DNA from: a plasmid
DNA: 64,000 nucleotides
Strand: one strand, 5' to 3'
NCBI RefSeq assembly: GCF_056746865.1
Contig: NZ_JBWKMP010000003.1
Part shown: piece after piece, positions 25,552 through 32,675 of the stretch
Layout: each line of letters begins with the position of its first letter
Position numbering within the stretch: the first letter of the stretch is position 1
Translations under genes and position numbers: made by a program
The notes under the pieces: generated by a model
Databases searched by the model: none
What the model was told of the DNA's origin: nothing
What the model saw: only the letters and a program-made list of their open reading frames with translations

Positions 25552-25715
25552 CCGTTCGCTATCTCAACTTTCAAATCCAGAACATCACTGGCGGTTGCTA
25601 TGACTGGTTTGTCACTCTCGGAAAAGAAGTGATCACCGGGAAGCTGGATGAAGTGAAAGCTAAAGCAATGGCCTACGCCTGCAAGCAAGCCCAAAAGAAG
25701 AAAAGAAAAGCATAA
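25548..25715 (+). CDS. small hypothetical protein (55 aa, below the ORF-track cutoff)
   Basis: MTVRYLNFQIQNITGGCYDWFVTLGKEVITGKLDEVKAKAMAYACKQAQKKKRKA. GGGGTG Shine-Dalgarno-like sequence upstream. Confidence 0.35.
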   Translation: MTVRYLNFQIQNITGGCYDWFVTLGKEVITGKLDEVKAKAMAYACKQAQKKKRKA

Positions 25716-25820
25716 GAAAACACACAGTTGCGCCCTGGCATTATCGTGGGGTATATTTCTACGGCACCTTAGAAAAACGGGTGCCGGGATTGGAACCCCG
25801 GATAATGTCAAAGGCGACAC

Positions 25821-25843
25821 AGACGCCGAACGCGTCTTTTTTT
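25821..25843 (+). terminator. rho-independent terminator
   Basis: AGACGC (25821-25826) pairs with GCGTCT (25832-25837), followed by a run of T. Confidence 0.65.
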
Positions 25844-25884
25844 GTGTCATGCCATCGCACAGCCATACTTAGCGTTTAGCTCAG

Positions 25885-26002
25885 AGATCAATGGTAGTGC
25901 TGGCTGGGCTGCCGAAAGGCAGGCCGGTTCCCTTTGACGCCGGTAGTTCCAACCCAGTCAGTGCTACCGCCATTGAGATTGGAACCTCACGCGGTAGCTC
26001 CT
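25885..26002 (+). ncRNA. candidate c4-like regulatory RNA (element B) directly upstream of icd
   Basis: GAAA-tetraloop hairpin at 25907-25925. Helices 25946-25952/25979-25985 and 25963-25970/25991-25998. Its position relative to icd and ant matches P1 c4. Confidence 0.4.
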
Positions 26003-26028
26003 TAACTTAGTCAAAGGAGGCTGCCAAT

Positions 26029-26244
26029 ATGGCTACTATCCCTACCCCAACTCATTCTGAATTTATCTGGCGTTTCTATTCCTGCCAAAAACACCTTTAT
26101 ATCTGCGTAATGGCTGCTACCGAAGCAGAGGCGCGCTCATACCTTCCCGAAGAACCCTGCATTTTTGCTGCTCGCTTCACTCTTGATGCGATGGAGATCC
26201 TCAATTACTGGAATCTGCCAATGAACTGCGTGGAGGTGCACTGA
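26029..26244 (+). CDS. icd: Icd-like cell-division inhibitor
   Basis: 71 aa. FIWRFYSC...ICVMAATEAEARSYLPEEPCIFAARF fits the Icd-family pattern (aromatic-rich start, A-x-x-E-A-E-A-R, FAAR). The stop overlaps the next ATG. Confidence 0.65.
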   Translation: MATIPTPTHSEFIWRFYSCQKHLYICVMAATEAEARSYLPEEPCIFAARFTLDAMEILNYWNLPMNCVEVH

Positions 26245-27185
26245 TGAATCTGTCCATCTCTCAAAAAGCGACAATGACCAGCATTGAGATCGCGGAACTG
26301 GTAGGAAGTCGCCCAGATAGTGTGAAGAGAACTATCGAAACACTGGCTAAAAAGAGTGTGATTCAATTTCCACAATCTGTGGAAATTGAAAATAAACAAT
26401 CAGTTGGCCCTCGTCGATTTTCCAAGGCTTACATCTTTGAAGGCGAACAAGGAAAACGAGACAGCATCATTGTCGTCGCGCAGCTCTCTCCGGAATTTAC
26501 CGCCCGGCTGGTGGACCGCTGGCGCGAACTGGAGAATGCCCGGGTACAGTTAAAATCCAAAGCCGAAATCCTGGCCGAAATGGCGCAAATGCATCTTGAG
26601 CATGAACGCCGGATCAACGCCGTTAATGCCCAGGTAGCCGAAGTATCGGCACAAGTGTCCAGGGTCACCGAAACACTTGAGCAGATCAAGAAAGGCAATA
26701 TTCCAGAAGGCTACATTGGCTATCGCCAGTTGGCGGCAAAATGCGGCCTGACTGAAGCCAAATGCCGCAACCTGGTCAACGCTTACCGGATACCCACTGA
26801 TACGCATGAGTTTTTAACTCCCGACGGTTTGCTTGCGCGACGCTCCATTGTGGCCCTGGCCCCCTTCCGGAAAGCCTTTAAGCAGGTTATGTCGGAGGCA
26901 GAACCACGTAACAAACGCTGGTATCATCCCAGGATGGGGCTATTTCAGGCCATTCACCATCCTGTGCCTGAAAGTCCAAAGGCAAACCTGTCGTTGCATA
27001 CCGCCAGAGAGAAGATTAAAACAGGGTATGCAACCGTATGCCGTCGAGCATCCTGGCCTGAAAGTGTCTGGGTATGGCCCGAAAGAGGCTCACGGAAAAA
27101 CTGGCGCACCATTCGCGACGGCAAGATCTGTGCGATTGATTTACAGCCAGAAGATGTAGCAGCGACCGACTGGATTGTTAGTTAA
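26244..27185 (+). CDS. Rha-family regulatory protein / putative antirepressor
   Basis: 313 aa. The N-terminus MTSIEIAELVGSRPDSVKRTIETL fits the Phage_pRha pattern. Occupies the ant slot after icd. The C-terminal 60 aa are weakly DUF2829-like. Confidence 0.6.
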   Translation: MNLSISQKATMTSIEIAELVGSRPDSVKRTIETLAKKSVIQFPQSVEIENKQSVGPRRFSKAYIFEGEQGKRDSIIVVAQLSPEFTARLVDRWRELENARVQLKSKAEILAEMAQMHLEHERRINAVNAQVAEVSAQVSRVTETLEQIKKGNIPEGYIGYRQLAAKCGLTEAKCRNLVNAYRIPTDTHEFLTPDGLLARRSIVALAPFRKAFKQVMSEAEPRNKRWYHPRMGLFQAIHHPVPESPKANLSLHTAREKIKTGYATVCRRASWPESVWVWPERGSRKNWRTIRDGKICAIDLQPEDVAATDWIVS

Positions 27186-27192
27186 TAGATTT

Positions 27193-27214
27193 GCCCCGGT
27201 CATGCCGGGGCTTT
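27193..27214 (+). terminator. rho-independent terminator
   Basis: GCCCCGG (27193-27199) pairs with CCGGGGC (27205-27211), followed by TTT. Confidence 0.6.
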
Positions 27215-27223
27215 AACTACTAA

Positions 27224-27562
27224 GTGACCGGACACAGCAAAATGTATGCCACGAAAAAAATTGATTTCACTTATTCTTCCGCCACAATTGAGCGGCGCTT
27301 CACCCTCATTAGAGAGTTGGAACTGTCAAAAGTCTGGTATCAAATTCTACTGGATGAAGAGTTCTCACTGATGATAATGGCTGAAAAAGAAGCAATGCCG
27401 AATGACCGGCATAAAGTCATTGCCAGCCTTGACCTGGTGACAAACAGATACTGGGAGACAGAGGAACTGCGTGAAGCGGGAGTAATTCGTGACCTGATGG
27501 AGAGTTCCGTTCCCCGCCGCTATCGTGCGGGAAACGAAATCTCCGTGATTAAAGGGGCTTAA
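27224..27562 (+). CDS. hypothetical protein
   Basis: 112-aa ORF (GTG start, or the ATG at 27242). Confidence 0.45.
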   Translation: MTGHSKMYATKKIDFTYSSATIERRFTLIRELELSKVWYQILLDEEFSLMIMAEKEAMPNDRHKVIASLDLVTNRYWETEELREAGVIRDLMESSVPRRYRAGNEISVIKGA

Positions 27563-27951
27563 AGCTCACCAGCACGCTGTTTTTCAAGCGTAGATTTAAC
27601 ATTGGGCGCTTTCCCTTTAAAAGAATGGAAAGTGCCACATTTTTCTGTTTTAACCTCGCGCAGAGCTTCGCCATCGGCGTTCTGCCATTGATGAGATAAC
27701 GTCATATCACCGCGAGAAGGAACATCCAGCGAGTACAACGTGTAAGTTCCCCCCATCTCGGCATACTCCTGGAACACATAGCTCATTACGTCAGATTCAG
27801 TTTTCCGGTGCGCGTTATCGACCTTATTCCCATTCAGAAATATGGCGTTCGGATAGATTTTTATATCAAACCTACCGCACTTCACTTGTAAATTCCCGGC
27901 GTGAGCGATCAAAGGGAAAGCTGCCAATAAAGCAATAGCTAATCTTTTCAA
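27559..27951 (-). CDS. secreted (periplasmic) protein of unknown function
   Basis: 130 aa. Signal peptide MKRLAIALLAAFPLIAHA. Confidence 0.6.
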   Translation of the reverse strand: MKRLAIALLAAFPLIAHAGNLQVKCGRFDIKIYPNAIFLNGNKVDNAHRKTESDVMSYVFQEYAEMGGTYTLYSLDVPSRGDMTLSHQWQNADGEALREVKTEKCGTFHSFKGKAPNVKSTLEKQRAGEL

Positions 27952-27971
27952 TTCTGCCTCCGCTGCGTAAC

Positions 27972-28592
27972 TTATTGCCCGTATTGTTTACACCATTGCT
28001 CTGCCATTTGTGGGGCTAAAGGCCCAGCCACTGCGCTGTATTCTGCTGTTTTGCTTTGCACGCATGAGGCAGATGGTTTTTTATTGCGCTGTTCCTTGAG
28101 TTGTTTTTCATAGGCAACGATGGCATCGAAACCAGCTACATCTTCCTCCCTCATGAACCCTTTCTTGATCAGAAACTGCTGACCTTCCGGCACCAATGCT
28201 AGAGCATACAACGGCTGCAACAGCTCCCCCAATCCTTCCCGGCTATAAACTTGAAACTGCATCCAGCTTTTACTTAACGCTGTCATAGTGTCTTTGGTGG
28301 AATAGCCAGCCTTGCGTATAGCCTTGTCTAATCGATCTGCTGAATACGCAAACAAACAGAAATCGCCCTTTCCTGTAAACCCCGGTTCAACCGGTTGCAA
28401 CGTGATATTTTCTTTTTCGCAAAAGTCTATAAATTCATCAGGTCTATCGGTTTTATAGTCCCGCAATACCTTCAGTCCAGCCTCATACTTTGCAGGTAAC
28501 GCGCCTGCATAGGCAGCATTAAGAGAAACTCCCCCCAATATAACCGCGAGCACTGCTCCCAAAACCCTTAACTTCACAAAACCATCCTTCAT
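27972..28592 (-). CDS. secreted (periplasmic) protein of unknown function
   Basis: 206 aa from MKDGFVKLRVLGAVLAVILGGVSLNAAYA (signal peptide). The track ORF extends to 28733, but that N-terminus is implausible. Confidence 0.6.
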   Translation of the reverse strand: MKDGFVKLRVLGAVLAVILGGVSLNAAYAGALPAKYEAGLKVLRDYKTDRPDEFIDFCEKENITLQPVEPGFTGKGDFCLFAYSADRLDKAIRKAGYSTKDTMTALSKSWMQFQVYSREGLGELLQPLYALALVPEGQQFLIKKGFMREEDVAGFDAIVAYEKQLKEQRNKKPSASCVQSKTAEYSAVAGPLAPQMAEQWCKQYGQ

Positions 28593-28807
28593 GTAAACAA
28601 ACTGAAGTTTTATGTTACAAAAGCAAACATCTACGCCAAAATGACTTAGGCCAAATTCAGCGCGAATAAAAAAATCAAAAAAATTGTTGACACTATTCTG
28701 GAAATCACAATCTGGACAAAATCCATTGCGCAAACGGCTCCCGTTGAAGGTTCTTTTGACGACTAACTTTCAGCCGATGCGCGGTAGGGAGTCATAACGC
28801 CAAAGCA

Positions 28808-28831
28808 GGCCGCCATGTGCGGCCTTTTTTT
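28808..28831 (+). terminator. terminator-like hairpin in the leader of 28858-29511
   Basis: GGCCGC (28808-28813) pairs with GCGGCC (28819-28824), followed by TTTTTTT. It is oddly placed between divergent genes, so it may be an attenuator. Confidence 0.35.
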
Positions 28832-28857
28832 GTGCCTGCTATCGTGGAGTAAAAGCC

Positions 28858-29511
28858 ATGCAAAAGATCGCAATATTCAGTCTTTCTACTAACAAGCCGC
28901 TGATGGCTACGGCAGTCCTGAAAGACGGCGCGCTTGTAATTGACAAAGTAAAGCCGCTCCCTGCATCTGCTATTGAACAAAAACGAAAAATTCCACCAGC
29001 AATTGCCGAGCTGCGTAAAAGTGAATTTAAGGTGCTGGTTGACGAAATCACGCCAACCATTTCAGCCGGTACAGGTGCCAGCCAGGTAACATTAAAAACA
29101 CGGCACGCCGACGGCAGAGCAGCGATCATTGTCGGCATGGAGAGATACCGGGAGCTGAAACTACAAAGGCTGCTATCCCTGCCTGACAAGAACAAAGGGG
29201 CATTTGAGATCCCCGACTCTATCGTCGATACCGAATACAACGGCAACGGTGAAGAGGTTTATCGAGTTAACTGGCAAGATATCCGACCAGAGCACATCCT
29301 GATGATTCTGTGCTGCTATGCAACGGTATACCACAATGTTGCCAGCGCGGATTACCTGAAACAAATGACAGGAGCGGTAGAGAAAGAAAACAAAGCAGGG
29401 ATAATGGCCTCGTTCCTGTCCATTATCAGCGATCAAAAAGCTAAAGCAGGAAATACCCAACCAAAATCGCTGGCCGGGCAAGTAATTGATGAAGATACGG
29501 TGATACTTTAA
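28858..29511 (+). CDS. hypothetical protein
   Basis: 217-aa ORF with a GGAG Shine-Dalgarno. Confidence 0.55.
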   Translation: MQKIAIFSLSTNKPLMATAVLKDGALVIDKVKPLPASAIEQKRKIPPAIAELRKSEFKVLVDEITPTISAGTGASQVTLKTRHADGRAAIIVGMERYRELKLQRLLSLPDKNKGAFEIPDSIVDTEYNGNGEEVYRVNWQDIRPEHILMILCCYATVYHNVASADYLKQMTGAVEKENKAGIMASFLSIISDQKAKAGNTQPKSLAGQVIDEDTVIL

Positions 29512-29747
29512 TCAACTCAGTAGCTTTGTTAACTCCCTTAATACCAGGTAGAAGAGTAACAAAAATACTAACGCCAGTATTTGCGTGGTCAACGAGGCGT
29601 TCATAAACAGAACAATTAGCTTTAACAATTCGAGAATAACGTCCATGTCATTCACACTATTTAATTTTTAATCTACAGCCAGCAAACAATGAAGCTGGCC
29701 CCCGCATAAAGATTAATGAAAGTCACTTGTCACCAGTGAGGGGATTT

Positions 29748-29846
29748 ATGAACCACATCCCCCTGAACTGGTGGACTGTCTGTTTCTCGCATTTCACACC
29801 CTGCATACAGTTCCCCCCAGGTTATGACTGTGAGGAACTGTTATGA
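29748..29846 (+). CDS. possible 32-aa coupled leader ORF
   Basis: GAGGGG Shine-Dalgarno 4 nt upstream. The stop overlaps the ATG at 29843 (ATGA). Confidence 0.3.
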   Translation: MNHIPLNWWTVCFSHFTPCIQFPPGYDCEELL

Positions 29847-30172
29847 GTTACAGCAGGCTCGACGATCGATGCATTGAAGACGATGTGCTGCGCGCACTAT
29901 TCCATCAGGAGATGATCAAGCGGGTATCGGAGTACCACTCCGATAATTTCCAGTACACGATAAAAATTGATGAGGTTTATCGCTCAGACCTGGCGGCCTA
30001 TCGCGCCTATGGCAACGCTGATTTGCGCTGGGTATTTCGCGTGCTGGTGGGCCATGAGTCAGAAATGGAAGAAATGCCGGTCGGGACAACGTTAACTCTT
30101 CCTGACGCAGCATGGCTAAGAAACAAGATTCGCGATTACGCTGGCTCGGCACCGGAGATAGAAAATGCCTGA
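29843..30172 (+). CDS. tail protein X-like (LysM-like) protein
   Basis: 109 aa. YRSDLAAYRAYGNADLRWVFRVLVGH...PVGTTLTLPD resembles the P2 gpX pattern. Confidence 0.45.
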   Translation: MSYSRLDDRCIEDDVLRALFHQEMIKRVSEYHSDNFQYTIKIDEVYRSDLAAYRAYGNADLRWVFRVLVGHESEMEEMPVGTTLTLPDAAWLRNKIRDYAGSAPEIENA

Positions 30173-31361
30173 CTTCCTGAAAAATCAGGACGGGCGATAT
30201 ATCACTGACGGCCTGTCCTCTAAGGATTTCACACGCGTATTTGAACTCATCAGGAAAGAGCAAAACCGCAAACGCCGCCAGGCGAACAGGACACTCACGC
30301 CGGGCAGGCTTAGGAATAAATCAGCCGAAGACATTCTTAAGCTGGGGAAAAAGAAAGGCGGCACGTTCTTTACGCGTGACGATCTGAAAGGCTTCGAAAA
30401 GCTGCGAAGCAAAGCACGCGAAAAATATGACAGCAAGACGGCTGGCATTACATACGCACAACTGGTAGCGTCCAGCCAGGCTATCGATATTAAGCGAGCA
30501 AATAACGCCGTAGACGACGGTTCTGGTATCAAAAGAGCTACGCCCGTATCTCTTCGTCACAATGTGATTAATATCCGCGTGGAAGCGTCCGATATATCCG
30601 TTCACCAGCACCACATTGTCCGGGTACGTTTTGAAGAATGGGATCAGATGGTCGATGACATCGCAGAAGACGATAAATCAGCCCTGAAAGTCACAAAATC
30701 ACTGTGTGCCGGGCGAGTGTCTTTCGACTGTGACTGCGGTCGCCATCAATACTGGTATCGCTACATCGCCACTGCGGGTAACTTTGCCCTGGCCCCGCCA
30801 AAAGAATACGCCTATCCAAAAGTTCGCAACCCTAAGCTGCAAGGCGTCGCCTGTAAACATGTGATCCACTCAATGACACGACTACAGTCTGCCAGTTGGC
30901 AGATGAGTATTGCTCGTGCGCTACAAAAGGCTGCAACGCAAATTGCATTTGGTGACGATCGCCGCCGTACAACCAAACACTTCTCAAAAGAAGACGAGAA
31001 GGAGTTTAATCGCAATCGTAGCAGTAAAACGAACGTTGAAGCCGCCAAACGCGAATGGAGGCTCTATCAGAAGCGCCAGGCAGCTTTAAGTACAAAACTG
31101 GCGAAGGACAACGGCAAGATCGACAAGCTACGTGACCAACTGACCAGGGCCAGAAAGTTGTCAGACGCACAGAAAAAACGAGCGGCAGCAAAAGAAGCGG
31201 CCTTGCAACGTGAGAAACAGAAAAACAAGGAGCTTCAGCAACGCCTTGCCGATCAGTTCGCACTGAAGAAGCAGGCGTTCATTGATGCGCTGGTCATGGC
31301 AGGAACGTCACCTGGGCAAGCTGAAAAAATGTTTATGGAGTACGTGAAGAAAGGTTCTTGA
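30165..31361 (+). CDS. SWIM zinc-finger protein with basic coiled-coil C-terminus
   Basis: 398 aa. CDCGRHQYW...GVACKHVIH fits the SWIM pattern CxC...CxH. The C-terminal 110 aa are K/R/Q/A-rich coiled coil. Confidence 0.55.
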   Translation: MPDFLKNQDGRYITDGLSSKDFTRVFELIRKEQNRKRRQANRTLTPGRLRNKSAEDILKLGKKKGGTFFTRDDLKGFEKLRSKAREKYDSKTAGITYAQLVASSQAIDIKRANNAVDDGSGIKRATPVSLRHNVINIRVEASDISVHQHHIVRVRFEEWDQMVDDIAEDDKSALKVTKSLCAGRVSFDCDCGRHQYWYRYIATAGNFALAPPKEYAYPKVRNPKLQGVACKHVIHSMTRLQSASWQMSIARALQKAATQIAFGDDRRRTTKHFSKEDEKEFNRNRSSKTNVEAAKREWRLYQKRQAALSTKLAKDNGKIDKLRDQLTRARKLSDAQKKRAAAKEAALQREKQKNKELQQRLADQFALKKQAFIDALVMAGTSPGQAEKMFMEYVKKGS

Positions 31362-31395
31362 TTGACAACAAAGGCGGTCATACAGACCGCCGAAC

Positions 31396-31755
31396 TCATA
31401 CACCAACCAGGCTTTCAAGAGGAATGCCAAACTGGGAATGTAAACGACGAATCATAGGTAACGTTAAATTTCGTGTTCCATTTAGCACTTCGTAAACACG
31501 ATTTGACTTACCAATCGCCGGTTCCAGATCCTTCACGGTCAGCCCTTGCTGTTCCATACGGAATTTAATGGCCTCAATAGGTGATGGTGGCTCAATTGGG
31601 TAATGTTTTTTCTCGTACTCCTCAATGAGAAGACACATGACCTCAAAGAAATCACCTTCCGGGGTGTTCATTTCCGGTTCGTTATCGAACATCGGTTCGA
31701 CCGCACGCAGTGCGGCCTCATAATCTTGTTCTGTACGGATAGGTTTAATGTTCAT
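31396..31755 (-). CDS. orphan HigA(YgjM)-type antitoxin-like HTH protein
   Basis: 119 aa from MNIKPIRTEQDYEAAL. N-terminal helical domain plus a C-terminal XRE HTH (GKSNRVYEVLNGTRNLTLPMIRRLHSQFGIP), as in E. coli K-12 HigA. No cognate toxin lies directly upstream. Confidence 0.65.
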   Translation of the reverse strand: MNIKPIRTEQDYEAALRAVEPMFDNEPEMNTPEGDFFEVMCLLIEEYEKKHYPIEPPSPIEAIKFRMEQQGLTVKDLEPAIGKSNRVYEVLNGTRNLTLPMIRRLHSQFGIPLESLVGV

Positions 31756-31772
31756 TAATTCCAAAGGAAAGC

Positions 31773-31797
31773 CCACTTGTTAAGTGGGCTTTTTGTA
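31773..31797 (-). terminator. stem-loop between higA and the orphan antitoxin gene
   Basis: AAAGCCCACTT / AAGTGGGCTTT inverted repeat with flanking T run. Confidence 0.45.
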
Positions 31798-31811
31798 TGT
31801 GTTTAACTATA

Positions 31812-32150
31812 TCAGGCTGCTTTTTTATTCAGGTTCCGCTGAGAAATAAATTTTTCAGCAGTATTGATACGACTTAACTCTTCCTGAACGCGCATATCAT
31901 TTTCGACTTCCCACAGGTCTACTGCGGTCTGAAGATTAATCCAAAAATCTACAGAAGTATCGAATGCTTTTGCCAGGCGATATGCCATATCCATCGTTAG
32001 CTTACGATTGTTATTAACAAGAGCACTTACGGTGTTACGATGAACATGAAGTATTTCTGCTAACTCGTTGATCTTAAGCTCTAACGGCTCCAGGTATTCG
32101 TACAGCAGGATATCACCTACAGTCGTCGGTTTTCTGGTTGCCTGTTTCAT
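31812..32150 (-). CDS. higA: HigA antitoxin (XRE HTH)
   Basis: 112 aa. TVGDILLYEYLEPLELKINELAEILHVHRNTVSALVNNNRKLTMDMAYRLAKAF. Confidence 0.85.
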   Translation of the reverse strand: MKQATRKPTTVGDILLYEYLEPLELKINELAEILHVHRNTVSALVNNNRKLTMDMAYRLAKAFDTSVDFWINLQTAVDLWEVENDMRVQEELSRINTAEKFISQRNLNKKAA

Positions 32151-32221
32151 TTTTTGCCCTTACTAGCGTGCGTATTAAGTGGACTCTGGTCAGTACCTGG
32201 CCCATCCGCCGGGTATTTGTT

Positions 32222-32524
32222 TTAGTATTTGTGAGGGTCGAGATACAAGTCCTCGGCCTTTCCGTTAACCCACTTAAAAATTAACCTGTATTGCTTATTC
32301 ACCCTTATTGATGAATAGCCGTTTAGCTTCCCTGACAATTCCTCATACCGATTACCTGGTGGTGATCTCAAGTCCTTCCAAGTAGTTGCAGCATTGATAA
32401 TATCCAGCTTCCGCAACAATGTAATCTGAATATCAGAAGGTATCTTTTTGTGTGGTATTGAAAATTCAAAAAAATCATCAAGCCACTCATCCCTGAAATT
32501 CTTTATGTTAATCTTTTTGCTCAT
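32222..32524 (-). CDS. higB: HigB toxin (RelE/ParE superfamily, plasmid maintenance system killer)
   Basis: 100 aa. ...DLRSPPGNRYEELSGKLNGYSSIRVNKQYRLIFKW... Toxin-first gene order, typical of higBA. Confidence 0.85.
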   Translation of the reverse strand: MSKKINIKNFRDEWLDDFFEFSIPHKKIPSDIQITLLRKLDIINAATTWKDLRSPPGNRYEELSGKLNGYSSIRVNKQYRLIFKWVNGKAEDLYLDPHKY

Positions 32525-32675
32525 CGATCATTTTATCCTCCATGATTATTAATGAATGTCATAATGATAGCGCACTGTTGCACCGTGCGCAAGTGCATAT
32601 TGTAACAATTCCCCTCCTCCATCCAAAATCACAATCTCCCGAAAATCTTCCTTTCGATACCTGATAAATCGACCT

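Noticed and set aside
25470-25850. 126-aa minus-strand ORF in the immI-like leader
   Set aside because: It has no ribosome site and an implausible composition. It runs antisense through a plus-strand terminator and the better-supported small plus-strand ORFs. The region is better explained as structured RNA.
25870-25950. tRNA-like start (GCGTTTAGCTCAGAGATCAATGGTAGTGC resembles an acceptor arm plus D-arm)
   Set aside because: No 7-nt anticodon loop, T-arm (GTTCGAATC-like) or matching 3' acceptor strand can be drawn. The next hairpin has a GAAA tetraloop. I kept it as part of the candidate c4-like RNA; c4 in P1 is RNase P-processed, which may explain the tRNA-like flavour.
29512-29646. 44-aa hydrophobic minus-strand ORF (MDVILELLKLIVLFMNASLTTQILALVFLLLFYLVLRELTKLLS) as a possible small toxin or holin
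   Set aside because: It has no Shine-Dalgarno and lies in the convergent tail of 28858-29511. A single hydrophobic stretch can arise by chance in AT-rich sequence. I am not confident enough to list it as a gene, but Ribo-seq data would be worth a look.
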